Part shown: piece after piece, positions 11,085 to 21,832 of the stretch
Layout: every line of letters starts with the position of its first letter
Position numbering within the stretch: position 1 is the stretch's first letter
DNA from: Flavobacteriales bacterium
GTDB taxonomy: Bacteria; Bacteroidota; Bacteroidia; JACJYZ01
NCBI GenBank assembly: GCA_020435415.1
Contig: JAGQZQ010000001.1
Span: 26,228-90,227, forward strand
Reading direction: 5' to 3'
DNA length: 64,000 nucleotides
Translations under genes and position numbers: made by a program
Notes under the pieces: model-generated
Seen by the model: only the letters and a program-made list of their open reading frames with translations
Databases searched by the model: none
Told to the model about the DNA's origin: nothing

Positions 11085-11821
11085 ATTAACAATAATTGGG
11101 TGAGGATGTAATTGGTGATCAGGATACCCACGCTGCTGAATACAACAGCCTTGGTGCTGGAATGCCCCACTTCGAGTGATCCTCTTTTGGTGTTATAACC
11201 ATGGTAGGCGGAAACAGAGGTAATGATAAACGCAAAGACCACTGTTTTTATAAATGCGTAGGTCACGTTAAACGGATCGAAGTCATATTGAATCCCATAA
11301 ATAAAGTTCCTGGAAGTTACAACGCCGGCCATTGTTCCTGCCAACCAACCACCGGTTATAGCTACACACATGCTGATGGCTACCAACACGGGATTTATCA
11401 ATACCGCAGCAATGATCTTGGGAAACGTGAGGTAGGCCGCTGAATTCACACCCATGATTTCCAGTGCATCAATCTGCTCGCTCACTCTCATGGTACCCAT
11501 TTCACTGGCAATATTGGAGCCCACTTTTCCGGCAAGGATCAAAGCGATAATGGTTGGCGAAAGTTCAAGAATAACGGATTCACGTGTGGCAAACCCAATC
11601 GCATAAGCGGGGATCAGATCGCTGTCTATACCCGAAGCCGTCTGAATAGTGATCACCGCACCCATGAACACCGAGATCAACACCACAATTCCCAGAGAAC
11701 CCAGACCGATCGTGTCTATCTCAAGGGAAATCTGCCTTCTGTAAATGGCGGCTTTTTCCGGCTTTTTGAACACCTGTAGAAGGAACAGACTATAATTCCC
11801 CAAATGGTAAAATACATTCAT
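11081..11821 (-). CDS. mlaE: ABC transporter permease, MlaE-like
   Basis: 246-aa polytopic membrane protein with MlaE/Ttg2B-like topology. Translationally coupled to the ATPase gene. Confidence 0.8.
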   Translation of the reverse strand: MNVFYHLGNYSLFLLQVFKKPEKAAIYRRQISLEIDTIGLGSLGIVVLISVFMGAVITIQTASGIDSDLIPAYAIGFATRESVILELSPTIIALILAGKVGSNIASEMGTMRVSEQIDALEIMGVNSAAYLTFPKIIAAVLINPVLVAISMCVAITGGWLAGTMAGVVTSRNFIYGIQYDFDPFNVTYAFIKTVVFAFIITSVSAYHGYNTKRGSLEVGHSSTKAVVFSSVGILITNYILTQLLLI

Positions 11822-11948
11822 GCAATACCCAAATTACCGGCTAAAAATAGGTATAATTTCTCAACATGACCGTCGTTAACCATATGAGGGGTAGCAGGTT
11901 TTCACAACACTCAAAAAGTTTGGTTAAGTTTGTTTAAATTGAATGGCC

Positions 11949-12113
11949 ATGAAAAAACGACAGGGACTTCTTTTAATCACCAGCGCACTTCTTTGTACCT
12001 TCCTGTTCTCGGGATGCTTTGTCTTTAGAAAGAAGAACCGATGTGATTCCTGTCCAAAGTGGAGTTCAACCACACCCGAAAAAAAGCATCACAGCCCTTT
12101 TATCAAAGGCTGA
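11949..12113 (+). CDS. Small putative lipoprotein (54 aa), missing from the ORF track
   Basis: ATG at 11949. MKKRQGLLLITSALLCTFLFSGC gives a signal peptide plus a lipobox Cys. Mature part has a CDSCPKW cysteine motif. Sits immediately upstream of feoAB on the same strand. Confidence 0.4.
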   Translation: MKKRQGLLLITSALLCTFLFSGCFVFRKKNRCDSCPKWSSTTPEKKHHSPFIKG

Positions 12114-12190
12114 TTCTCGTTGCGATCAAATACCCCATTTTAGGTATTGCCGGGATACCCTCCTCACCTTTACTTTGCATATTGACGTAA

Positions 12191-12451
12191 TTGATCCTGA
12201 GCCACGTGAGAAATCTGCTTCACCTTAAACCCGGAGAAAAGGGAACCATTCAATCCATCGTTGATCGCCATATTTCACTTAAATTAATGGAAATGGGATG
12301 CTCTTCCGGAGCAGAAGTCGTCATGGGCAGGGCTGCACCATTCGGGGATCCGATCACAATTATGGTATCCGGCTCCAGGATCAGCATGCGCAAATCCGAA
12401 GCTGCTTCTATTCTTCTGGCAGAACGCGCAACAACCGATTCACTTAGGTGA
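12191..12451 (+). CDS. feoA: Ferrous iron transport protein A (FeoA domain)
   Basis: LKPGEKGTI...V.MG motif of the FeoA SH3-like domain. No ATG is available; the start is TTG at 12191 or GTG at 12206. Overlaps feoB by 4 nt. Confidence 0.7.
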   Translation: MILSHVRNLLHLKPGEKGTIQSIVDRHISLKLMEMGCSSGAEVVMGRAAPFGDPITIMVSGSRISMRKSEAASILLAERATTDSLR

Positions 12452-14463
12452 AAGGAAATACATTAACGCCTTCCCGTTTGACCCGGATCGCACTGATCGG
12501 TAATCCCAATACCGGGAAAAGCAGCTTATTTAATGCGCTGACCGGACTCAGGCAAAAGACCGGAAATTTCCCGGGGGTAACGGTAGATAAAAAGACAGGA
12601 AGATTTACACACAGTTCACCGGCAGCAGCAAAAACCTTTGAGATCACTGATCTGCCCGGCACTTACAGTCTGATCCCATCCTCTCCGGATGAACAGGTCA
12701 CCACCCGGTTCATCACCAATCATGATCAAGACGCCTTACCCGATTGCGTTCTGGTAATTGCCGATGCCACCCAGCTCAAAAGGAGCCTTCTCATATGTAC
12801 CCAGGTTATCGACCTGGGACTTCCTACCGTATTGGCACTGAACATGTCCGATATCGCGCAACGAAAAGGGATCACAATCCTGGTGGATGTACTGAGCGCC
12901 CAACTGGGCGTTCCTGTGGTAGCGGTAGATGCGCGTTCGGGGACGGGCATATCCAGACTAAAGGAAGTACTCTCATTGACCAACCAGGGAACCCTCAAAG
13001 CGTTTCATCCGGGAAAAAAACAAAGTGCCGGATCCCACGATATCCCATACCTGAAAGATCTCCTTCTTCAGGTCCAACAACAATTATCACACGGGCCGGA
13101 TCTGGATGAAAATACACATGAAGCGATTCTTGAGGATACCCGGGAACGCCAGGTTAAGATCGACAGGCTGGTTGATCATATTCAAACCCGTAATGAAGGC
13201 TCCGGAAAGGATTTGACTACGATGCTGGATGGTGTTCTCACTCATCCGTTATGGGGATACCTCATCTTTTTGGGACTTATGCTGCTGATATTTCAGGCGA
13301 TCTTCAGTTGGGCACAGTGGCCGATGGACCTGATCGATATGGGCATGACCAATGCAGGCATAGCCATGAAAGAATTTCTCCCTGATCACTTCATCTCTCG
13401 CCTCCTGGTAGATGGTGTTTGGGCCGGATTGAGCGGTATATTGGTATTTGTTCCGCAAATCGCGCTGTTGTTCACGTTTATCGGCTTATTGGAAGACAGC
13501 GGCTATATGGCCCGGGTAAGCATGATCATGGATCGCTTGATGCGGAGCTTCGGTCTTGGCGGAAGATCGGTTATTCCCCTGATCGGCGGTATGGCCTGTG
13601 CCATTCCGGCCATCATGTCCACCCGCATTATCGGTCATGCGAGGGAACGATTGATCACCACGCTGGTCATCCCCTTTACCACCTGCTCCGCACGCTTACC
13701 GGTATATACACTTCTGATCTCCCTCGTTATTCCGGAAGATCAGATGCTGGGCCCGTTCAACCTCCAGGGTCTGGTATTTCTGGGTTTATATCTGCTTGGC
13801 TTTGCCATGGCCCTGCTGGCCGCCGCCATTCTGCATCTTTTATTTCGAAAGAGGGAAAAGAGTGTATTTATCATGGAGATACCTGAATTCCGAAGACCCC
13901 ACGTAGGGAATATTCTGAATACCGTCTTGGAGAAGGTCCGGATATTTGTAACTGATGCCGGTAAGATCATCATCGGTGTTTCCATGGTATTATGGTTTTT
14001 ATCGTCCTATGGGCCTACCCCCGAGAGTTCCGGATCGGCTGATCCACCTGCAACAACACTGGAAACAAGCTGGGCCGGACAGATTGGTAAAACGATTGAA
14101 CCGGTCATCAAACCATTGGGCTTTGACTGGAAGATAGGGATCGCCCTGATCACGTCATTTGCCGCCAGGGAGATATTTGTAGGCACCATGGCCACACTTT
14201 ATAGCATAGAAGACCAGGATAACGAACAATCGTTGCGGCAAAAACTACTCAGCGAACGGATTCCCGGGACCAATAAACCGAGGTATACACTGGCAGTCGG
14301 ACTTTCTTTGATGATATTTTATGCCTTTGCATTGCAATGTGTTAGCACCCTGGCGGTGGTATACCGGGAAACAAAAAGTTTAAAATGGCCCATTCTACAG
14401 TTCTCAATTATGGGGATTCTTGCTTACTTTGCAAGTCTGATAACCTACCAACTGTTCAGCTAA
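12448..14463 (+). CDS. feoB: Ferrous iron transport protein B
   Basis: N-terminal G-domain IALIGNPNTGKSSLFNALTG followed by a polytopic membrane domain. GTG start. Confidence 0.9.
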   Translation: MKGNTLTPSRLTRIALIGNPNTGKSSLFNALTGLRQKTGNFPGVTVDKKTGRFTHSSPAAAKTFEITDLPGTYSLIPSSPDEQVTTRFITNHDQDALPDCVLVIADATQLKRSLLICTQVIDLGLPTVLALNMSDIAQRKGITILVDVLSAQLGVPVVAVDARSGTGISRLKEVLSLTNQGTLKAFHPGKKQSAGSHDIPYLKDLLLQVQQQLSHGPDLDENTHEAILEDTRERQVKIDRLVDHIQTRNEGSGKDLTTMLDGVLTHPLWGYLIFLGLMLLIFQAIFSWAQWPMDLIDMGMTNAGIAMKEFLPDHFISRLLVDGVWAGLSGILVFVPQIALLFTFIGLLEDSGYMARVSMIMDRLMRSFGLGGRSVIPLIGGMACAIPAIMSTRIIGHARERLITTLVIPFTTCSARLPVYTLLISLVIPEDQMLGPFNLQGLVFLGLYLLGFAMALLAAAILHLLFRKREKSVFIMEIPEFRRPHVGNILNTVLEKVRIFVTDAGKIIIGVSMVLWFLSSYGPTPESSGSADPPATTLETSWAGQIGKTIEPVIKPLGFDWKIGIALITSFAAREIFVGTMATLYSIEDQDNEQSLRQKLLSERIPGTNKPRYTLAVGLSLMIFYAFALQCVSTLAVVYRETKSLKWPILQFSIMGILAYFASLITYQLFS

Positions 14464-14559
14464 GCCGGGGGTTTACGAACATTTGCTCCTCATTGGCCGG
14501 TTTATGGTTCAGAGAAACGACTGATATCCAATTTATTGACTTTTTAATTACTCGAATCT

Positions 14560-15177
14560 ATGGCTTTCAGGTGGTCCCGCATTCCGTATGATGTGATTCG
14601 TCATCATATTCCGGAAAATGCCTGGCTGTTGTTACTGCCCTTGATAGAAGGGCAACCGCTTCACATTATTTTATGGGATCACCGCCAGTCCAAGTTCGGT
14701 GATTACCGGTCTCCGGACAACCACGGGATCCATCGCATATCCGTGAATAAAAGTCAGAATCACTATTCGTTTCTCATTACCCTTATCCACGAGCTGGCGC
14801 ACATGATGGTTTATGAACGCTATGGCCAGAACAAACAACCGCACGGCCGTGAATGGAAACATGTTTTTCGCTCCATGCTTATGCCGTTCATCCAGGCCGG
14901 GTGTTTCCCACCTGATCTGACCAGGGAATTGCACCGTCATTTGGAAAACCCCAAAGCGACCACCGCTTCTGATCTATCCTTGTCTAAAATGCTCTCATCG
15001 TATGATTCGGATGGGGGTGTCCTTCTGGAAGATGTACCAACGGATACGGTCTTCAGACTGGAGAACGGCATGGTATTCCGCAAAGGAGAAAAACGCAGAA
15101 GCAGATATTCCTGCACAAGGATCCAGGATGACCGGCTGTACTATGTGAATGCACTTGCACGCGTCGAAGTGGTTTAA
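14560..15177 (+). CDS. SprT-like zinc metallopeptidase-domain protein
   Basis: HELAHMMVYE is an HExxH motif in a SprT-like context. 205 aa. Confidence 0.65.
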   Translation: MAFRWSRIPYDVIRHHIPENAWLLLLPLIEGQPLHIILWDHRQSKFGDYRSPDNHGIHRISVNKSQNHYSFLITLIHELAHMMVYERYGQNKQPHGREWKHVFRSMLMPFIQAGCFPPDLTRELHRHLENPKATTASDLSLSKMLSSYDSDGGVLLEDVPTDTVFRLENGMVFRKGEKRRSRYSCTRIQDDRLYYVNALARVEVV

Positions 15178-15285
15178 CACGTGCAACCTGTTACCTTGCA
15201 TCACGTCCTTTCAAAGGAATTCTTCGTCAATTTTGCTACCTTTGGGCTCCCGCATTGACGCGAGCAATCAACAACAGCAAACATC

Positions 15286-16575
15286 ATGAGTACTTTAACC
15301 GCAGAAAGCACACCATTGAAAGTCTCCCAAATGGCCGAGTCACTGATCGGCTCGGAGATCATCAAACTGGCCCAGGAGATCAATGAAAAAATCAGTAAGG
15401 GAGAGAAGGTATACAATCTCACCATCGGTGATTTCAACCCCAAGGTATTCCCCATTCCCTCTGAATTGAAAGAGGAAATCATCCGTGCCATTAATGAGGA
15501 TGAAACCAACTATCCCGTACCCAACGGTATGCCGGCCCTCAGAGGCGCCATTTCCGAATACCTGCAGGCCAGAATGGGTGTAAGCTATAATGAACAGGAG
15601 ATTGTGGTATCCGGAGGTGCAAGGCCCTTGATCTATTCCGCTTATCGCGCCCTGGTAGATGAAGGTGATACCGTATTGTTCCCGGTACCTTCGTGGAACA
15701 ACAACCACTATGCACACATGCTGGGTGCAAAGGCCGTGTGGGTGGAAACCAAGCCGGAAAACAACTTCATGCCTACGGCGGCTGAATTGAAACCGTACAT
15801 TGGAGAGGCAAGCCTCCTGGGACTATGCTCTCCACTTAATCCTACCGGCACCGTATTTACCAAAGAAGCTTTGGAAGAAATCTGCCAGTTGGTTGTCAAG
15901 GAAAATGAAGCTCGTCTGCAAAGCGGAAGGAAACCACTATACCTGCTGTATGATCAGATTTATTGGGTATTAACCCATGGCGATACCGTTCACCATGACC
16001 CGGTAACGATCAATCCTGCCATGCGCCCCTATACCGTTTTTGTTGACGGGATGTCCAAGGCTTTTGCAGCCACAGGGATTCGGGTAGGATGGTCTTTCGG
16101 CCCTGAACGGATCATTCAGAAAATGAAGGGCATCTTATCCCATGTTGGCGCGTGGTCTCCCAAAGCCGAGCAGGTGGCAGCAGGCCGGTACCTGAAACGC
16201 ACAGAAGATGTTGATCGCTTTCTTACAAGCTTTAAAACCGCGGTAATGGACCGTCTGGAAGGTTTTTATAAAGGTTTTTCTGACCTTAAAAGTGAAGGCT
16301 TTCCTGTTGATGCTATTGCTCCGCAAGCTGCCATCTACCTGACTATAAAGATTGATCTGAAAGGAAAAAAATTGCCGGATGGTACGGTGATCAGCACGAC
16401 ACAGCAGACCACCAAATACCTGCTGGAAGAAGCAAAAATGGGCATTGTTCCTTTCAATGCATTCGGTGCATCCAATGACTCCGCCTGGTATCGCCTCTCC
16501 GTTGGCACATGCCGGATGGAAGATGTGGCCGACGCCATTGCCAGTTTACGTAGTGCACTTTCCAAACTTAGCTAA
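15286..16575 (+). CDS. PLP-dependent aminotransferase, class I/II
   Basis: 429 aa with aminotransferase fold motifs (..NPTG.., lysine region DGMSKAF). Confidence 0.75.
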   Translation: MSTLTAESTPLKVSQMAESLIGSEIIKLAQEINEKISKGEKVYNLTIGDFNPKVFPIPSELKEEIIRAINEDETNYPVPNGMPALRGAISEYLQARMGVSYNEQEIVVSGGARPLIYSAYRALVDEGDTVLFPVPSWNNNHYAHMLGAKAVWVETKPENNFMPTAAELKPYIGEASLLGLCSPLNPTGTVFTKEALEEICQLVVKENEARLQSGRKPLYLLYDQIYWVLTHGDTVHHDPVTINPAMRPYTVFVDGMSKAFAATGIRVGWSFGPERIIQKMKGILSHVGAWSPKAEQVAAGRYLKRTEDVDRFLTSFKTAVMDRLEGFYKGFSDLKSEGFPVDAIAPQAAIYLTIKIDLKGKKLPDGTVISTTQQTTKYLLEEAKMGIVPFNAFGASNDSAWYRLSVGTCRMEDVADAIASLRSALSKLS

Positions 16576-17669
16576 TGTCCCAATCAAACAACACTTATTG
16601 CGTGATCATGGCCGGCGGAATCGGAAGCCGCTTCTGGCCGATGAGTCGTTCAAACCGCCCCAAACAGTTCCTGGATATCCTTGGAACCGGAGAAAGTTTA
16701 TTACAGCAGACTTACCGGCGGTTTTTGCCTCTGTGCAAACCGGAAAACATCCTGGTTGTAACGCATGCGTCATACACAGATATGGTGATGCGCCAACTTC
16801 CGGACCTGCCTAAGGAGAATATCCTTGCGGAACCATCCCGCCGGAACACCGCACCGTGCATTGCATTTGCATCATACAAGATCAGTAAGTTCAACCCGAA
16901 TGCCAATATCATCATCGCTCCTTCGGATCATCTGGTAACCAATGAGAAGGAATTCGTAAGGGTGATGGAAACCGCACTTCAGGCTACGGAGAATCAAAAC
17001 CTCCTGGTAACACTTGGAATTAAACCCAGCCGACCCGATACCGGTTATGGATACATCCAGTTTACCCAGGAAAACCTTCCGGACCATGAAGAGGTGCACA
17101 AGGTCAAGACCTTCACCGAAAAACCGGACCTGGACATGGCCCACTACTTCATGGAAAGCGGAGAGTTCCTGTGGAATTCCGGTATGTTTGTATGGAATGT
17201 GAGCAGCATTCTGGAAGCACTGGAAAGATATCTTCCTGAAATCAACGCAGTATTCCTGGAAGGTGTACATGAGTTGAATACACCCGGCGAAGAGGCCTTC
17301 ATCGCCAAAGCCTATGCGGTTTGTAAAAACATCTCCATCGATTACGGTGTGATGGAAAAGGCCGGAAATGTTTTTGTTTTACCGGCCGATTTCGGCTGGT
17401 CCGATCTGGGAACCTGGGGGTCTCTCTATGACCACATGCCCAAAGATTCGAACGGCAATGCCATTGGAGGAAACAACGCCATCCTTTACGATTCAAAGGA
17501 CTGTGTGGTGCAGCTTCCCGGCAATAAGTTGGCCGTACTACAGGGATTAGAAGATTTTATCATCGTGGATTCTGAGAATGCGTTACTCGTCTGCCGCAAA
17601 TCGGAGGAGCAGCAGATCAAGGAGTTTGTGAACGAGGTGAAGGTCAGCCGCGGCGACGAATTTGTGTAA
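16575..17669 (+). CDS. manC: Mannose-1-phosphate guanylyltransferase (GDP-mannose pyrophosphorylase)
   Basis: N-terminus CVIMAGGIGSRFWP...PKQF is the nucleotidyl transferase motif. TAATG stop/start overlap with the upstream gene. Confidence 0.85.
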   Translation: MSQSNNTYCVIMAGGIGSRFWPMSRSNRPKQFLDILGTGESLLQQTYRRFLPLCKPENILVVTHASYTDMVMRQLPDLPKENILAEPSRRNTAPCIAFASYKISKFNPNANIIIAPSDHLVTNEKEFVRVMETALQATENQNLLVTLGIKPSRPDTGYGYIQFTQENLPDHEEVHKVKTFTEKPDLDMAHYFMESGEFLWNSGMFVWNVSSILEALERYLPEINAVFLEGVHELNTPGEEAFIAKAYAVCKNISIDYGVMEKAGNVFVLPADFGWSDLGTWGSLYDHMPKDSNGNAIGGNNAILYDSKDCVVQLPGNKLAVLQGLEDFIIVDSENALLVCRKSEEQQIKEFVNEVKVSRGDEFV

Positions 17670-17688
17670 AAACGCTCTTCATACTGTA

Positions 17689-18807
17689 TTAACCCCTTCT
17701 TATTTCTTCTTCCAACTCCTGTTTCAGTTCATCAATATCCCTTAACTCTTTTTTGAGTTCTTTCGGAATGGATTTGCTGAGTTGGTATTCGCTCACACCC
17801 ATGGGTTTTGACATCCCTTTGAGTGCATACTCCACTACCACACTGTTCTTGGTTGGACATAGCAGGATGCCTATGGTTGGCTTATCATCTTCGCCTTTCA
17901 GCATATCGTCCACTGCGGAAAGATAAAAATTCAACTGCCCGGCATATTCCGGTTTGAATTTATCGATCTTCAGTTCTACTACTACATAGCTCTTCAGACG
18001 GATATGGTAGAATAGCAAATCGATATAAAAATCATCTTCACCCACCTGCAGGTGATATTGCCTGCCAACAAATGCAAAACCTTTACCCAGTTCAATCAGG
18101 AAACGGGTGATATGCTCCATCAACTTATCCTCCAACTCCTTTTCCTTATACTTTTTACTCAAGCCAAGAAAATCAAACACGTAAGGATCTTTGATTGTCT
18201 GTTCGGCGAGTTCGGATTGTGGTGAAGGAAGCAGGTGTTTAAAATTGGTGGACTTGCCTTTGCGCTCCTGTCTCTGATAAAGTCCTGTTTCGATCTGATG
18301 CTCCAATATGGCCCTTGACCAGCCGTATTCAACGCATTGATTGGCATACCATAGCCTTTCCTTGATGTTGTTTGCTTTGTTCATCAAAGCAATGTTATGA
18401 CCCCAGGGCAACTGAGAAACCACCCTATCAAAATTATTCGGATTAACCGCTTCGGTACTTCCGGACAATTCGCCAACAGGCTGTTGGCGAATTGTCTTTT
18501 TGCCAACGGATTGTTGGCGAAACAAATCCGGATAAGTTTCTGCAAACCGCCTCATATAACGCAGATTACTATCTGACAGTCCCTTCATATCCGGAAACTC
18601 CTTTCGCAAATCAGCAGAAAGTGTTTCGGTCACTTTAGCGCCCCACCCTTTTTGTTCTTGCTGTTTGAGGATGGCCTTGCCGATATCCCAGTACAAGCGA
18701 ATCAGCTCGGCATTGGCAGCCAGGGCAGCCCTTATGCGGGCTGAAGCAATTCGTTGCTTCAGGTCTTCCAGTAAACCCAGATATGCTTTTTCCCGGTCAA
18801 CTTTCAT
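17689..18807 (-). CDS. DUF1016/YhcG-family protein with a C-terminal PDDEXK nuclease-like domain
   Basis: The N-terminal region (ARIRAALAANAELIRLYWDIGKAI...) is characteristic of the YhcG family. The C-terminus has a D...ELK PD-(D/E)XK-like core. Confidence 0.65.
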   Translation of the reverse strand: MKVDREKAYLGLLEDLKQRIASARIRAALAANAELIRLYWDIGKAILKQQEQKGWGAKVTETLSADLRKEFPDMKGLSDSNLRYMRRFAETYPDLFRQQSVGKKTIRQQPVGELSGSTEAVNPNNFDRVVSQLPWGHNIALMNKANNIKERLWYANQCVEYGWSRAILEHQIETGLYQRQERKGKSTNFKHLLPSPQSELAEQTIKDPYVFDFLGLSKKYKEKELEDKLMEHITRFLIELGKGFAFVGRQYHLQVGEDDFYIDLLFYHIRLKSYVVVELKIDKFKPEYAGQLNFYLSAVDDMLKGEDDKPTIGILLCPTKNSVVVEYALKGMSKPMGVSEYQLSKSIPKELKKELRDIDELKQELEEEIRRG

Positions 18808-18924
18808 AACAAATGGAAAGGTTAAACACGGCTAAGCCAATGCTGTTGAGACAATTTACTTAGCTACCATTCAATTGGAGTTTGTAGCATAACCAGAAAC
18901 AACCACCGAAAACCTCACCCTCGC

Positions 18925-20316
18925 TTACAGCGAACCGATCATCCTGGATGGATCCACCCATTCGGTGAACTGATCATCGGTAAGCAGATCGAGATCAATG
19001 GCTGCCTTCCTTAGGGTGCTTCCCTCCTGGTACGCCTTCTTTGCGATCTTAGCGGCATTCTCATATCCGATGTGGGTATTCAACGCGGTGACCAGCATCA
19101 GTGAATTCTCAAGGTTTTCCTTTACCCGGGGTGTATTGGCCTCAATACCTGCCACACAATTTGATAAGAAGGACTGGCTCGCGTCACCGATCAGCCTTGC
19201 TGCCATCAGGAAGTTATAGATCATCACCGGTTTGAAAACGTTGAGCTCGAAATGTCCTTGCATTCCGCCGGCAACGATGGCTGCATCATTTCCGATCACC
19301 TGAGCACAAACCATGGTCATGGCTTCACACTGGGTAGGATTTACCTTCCCGGGCATGATGGATGATCCGGGTTCATTGGCAGGGAGAATCAACTCACCAA
19401 TACCACACCGCGGACCTGAACCCAGTAAACGTATATCATTTGCGATCTTCATCAGGCTTACTGCCACCGTCTTCAGAGCACCCGATGCCTCTACAATGGC
19501 ATCATGCGCTGCCAACGCTTCAAACTTGTTTTCAGCGGAAACAAAAGGCAGACCTGTGAGCTCTGCAATCTGGTTCGCCACTTTCACCGCATATCCCTTC
19601 GGCGTGTTGATTCCTGTTCCAACCGCTGTTCCACCCAGGGCAAGCTCCGCCAGGTGAGGCAGTGCGTTGTTCAGCGCACGGATGCCATGATCGATCTGGC
19701 TGACATAACCGGAAAATTCCTGGCCCAGGGTAAGGGGCGTGGCATCCATCAGATGCGTGCGTCCGATCTTCACGATATCCGCGAACTGTGTAGCCTTGTC
19801 CTTAAGTCCATCACGAAGTGCCTCCAATCCCGGAATGGTATTCTCCACCACCATGCGGTATCCTGCGATATGCATGGCCGTGGGGAAGGTATCATTGGAA
19901 GATTGCGATTTATTCACGTCATCATTCGGATGAATGAATCGGTCTCCATCACCCAGCTTATTACCTTGAATCACGTGGGCACGGTTGGAGATCACCTCAT
20001 TCACGTTCATGTTAGACTGTGTACCTGATCCGGTTTGCCAAACGACCAGGGGAAACTCGTCATCCAGCTTGCCGGCAATGATCTCATCGCACACCTTCGC
20101 GATCAGTTCACTTTTTTCCGATGGCATAACGCCAAGGGCGGTATTTGTCAAGGCTGCTGCTTTTTTGAGATAGGCAAAAGCGTGGATCACCTCAACCGGC
20201 ATGTGTTGGCCGCCGATCTTAAAGTTCTCCCTGGAGCGTTGTGTTTGTGCTCCCCAATATTTACCGGCGGGGACTTTTACCTCGCCCATTGTATCTTTTT
20301 CAATTCTGTATTCCAT
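18925..20316 (-). CDS. fumC: Fumarate hydratase, class II
   Basis: [16 protein letters not shown] signature of the fumarase/aspartase family. N-terminus [17 protein letters not shown] is typical of FumC. Confidence 0.9.
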   Translation of the reverse strand: MEYRIEKDTMGEVKVPAGKYWGAQTQRSRENFKIGGQHMPVEVIHAFAYLKKAAALTNTALGVMPSEKSELIAKVCDEIIAGKLDDEFPLVVWQTGSGTQSNMNVNEVISNRAHVIQGNKLGDGDRFIHPNDDVNKSQSSNDTFPTAMHIAGYRMVVENTIPGLEALRDGLKDKATQFADIVKIGRTHLMDATPLTLGQEFSGYVSQIDHGIRALNNALPHLAELALGGTAVGTGINTPKGYAVKVANQIAELTGLPFVSAENKFEALAAHDAIVEASGALKTVAVSLMKIANDIRLLGSGPRCGIGELILPANEPGSSIMPGKVNPTQCEAMTMVCAQVIGNDAAIVAGGMQGHFELNVFKPVMIYNFLMAARLIGDASQSFLSNCVAGIEANTPRVKENLENSLMLVTALNTHIGYENAAKIAKKAYQEGSTLRKAAIDLDLLTDDQFTEWVDPSRMIGSL

Positions 20317-20340
20317 GTGACAGGGTTTTGTCGTGAAAAA

Positions 20341-20679
20341 TTATAGCAATGTTTTTACATTTTCCGGAGGTCGCCCGATAACGGCTTTGTTGCCACTGAC
20401 AACGATCGGTCTTTCAATAAGGATAGGGTTATTTGCCAGAACCTTAATCCATCCTCCTTCGGTGAGAGACTTTCCTTTATACTCCTCTTTATAAAGCTTC
20501 TCGGACTTCCTGATGATGTCCTCTGCTTTAAGTCCGAGCTTGTCAAGGATGGCCTTGAGTTCCTGCTCGGTCGGAGGTGTTTTAAGATATTCAACCACTT
20601 CGGTCTTTGCGCCCGAATCTTCAATAATCTGTAACGTCTGCCGACTTTTCTGACATCTCGGGTTGTGGTAGATCTTCAT
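20341..20679 (-). CDS. ArsC/Spx-family protein (YffB-like)
   Basis: MKIYHNPRCQKSR... is the N-terminal Cys motif of the ArsC family. Confidence 0.75.
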   Translation of the reverse strand: MKIYHNPRCQKSRQTLQIIEDSGAKTEVVEYLKTPPTEQELKAILDKLGLKAEDIIRKSEKLYKEEYKGKSLTEGGWIKVLANNPILIERPIVVSGNKAVIGRPPENVKTLL

Positions 20680-20692
20680 GACTAAGGTGTGA

Positions 20693-21782
20693 TTAGTTTC
20701 TTCCGAATTCCATCAGATACGCCTTGATAAACTCATCCAGATCCCCGTCCATCACATCCTGTACATTGGATGTTTCAATACCCGTACGCAGGTCTTTCAC
20801 CATTTTGTACGGGTGCATGACATAGTTCCTGATCTGGGATCCCCACTCGATCTTCTTCTTCTTACCCTCTTCCTCAGCCAACTTTTCCTGGCGTTTTCTC
20901 AGCTCAAGTTCATATAACTGTGACTTAAGCATTTTAAGCGCTTTCTCCTTATTTCTCAATTGGGAACGTTCCTCCTGGCACTCAATGATCAGGCCGCTGG
21001 GGGCATGTCTCACGCGGACAGCCGTTTCAACCTTGTTTACGTTTTGTCCGCCCGCACCACCGGAACGAAATGTATCCCATGTGATATCGGCATCCTTGAT
21101 CTCGATCTCAATATTATCATCTACCAGGGGGTAGGCATATACCGAAGCAAAGGAGGTATGTCTTTTGTTGGCAGAATCAAACGGGGACAACCGCACCAGG
21201 CGATGCACGCCATTCTCACCTTTGAGGTAACCGTAAGCAAGTGGGCCGTCAAACTCCAGGGAACACGTTTTGATGCCCGCCACATCTCCCTGCAGCAGGT
21301 TCACTTCTTTCACCTTGTAACCGTGCGCTTCCCCCCACATGATGTACATGCGCATAAGCATGGCTGCCCAATCCTGGCTCTCGGTCCCGCCTGCACCCGC
21401 ATTGATCTGAAGGATGGCACCCAATTGATCTTCTTCCTGGGAGAGCATGTTCTTGAATTCAAGATCCTCAACCAGTTTCAGCGTTTTATCGTATTGGGAC
21501 TGCACCTCCTCCTCACTGCTCTCACCCGCCTCATGGAACTCCATGAACACGGCCAGGTCATCAAATGCAGCTGCCGTCTCAAGATATGCTTTGGTCCATA
21601 CCTTAACGGCATTGACTTCCTTCATGACGGCTTCGGCTTTCTTGGGATCGTTCCAAAAATCCGGCTGTTGCGTAATGGCTTCCTTTTCCTTCAGGAATGT
21701 TTGTTTCCCATCGACGTCAAAGATGCCTCCTTAACGCATCCAGGCGCCTCTTCAATTCGTTCTTCTGTTCGTTGGATATCAT
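20693..21782 (-). CDS. prfB: Peptide chain release factor 2, needing a programmed +1 frameshift
   Basis: Frame 0 runs from ATG 21782 through [21 protein letters not shown] to CTT-TGA at 21722-21717. The +1 frame continues from GAC at 21718 as [13 protein letters not shown]...MKEVNAV... to the GGQ-containing body, ending at 20693. This is the classic CTT TGA C shift site, preceded by AGGAGG. Confidence 0.9.
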
Positions 21783-21832
21783 GGGCGCAAAGATAAAATA
21801 ATGTGCTTAAAATCCGCTGGCCTGAATACAGA

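Noticed and set aside
12129-12148. A Fur box upstream of feoA
   Set aside because: There is only a 6-bp-arm inverted repeat (aatacc-N8-ggtatt) with no GATAAT-type half-sites. It is mentioned under the small-ORF finding but not called as a Fur site.
12019-12228. A 69-aa ORF in the mlaE/feoA intergenic region
   Set aside because: It overlaps the more plausible 54-aa lipoprotein ORF in another frame and runs into feoA. No features support it.
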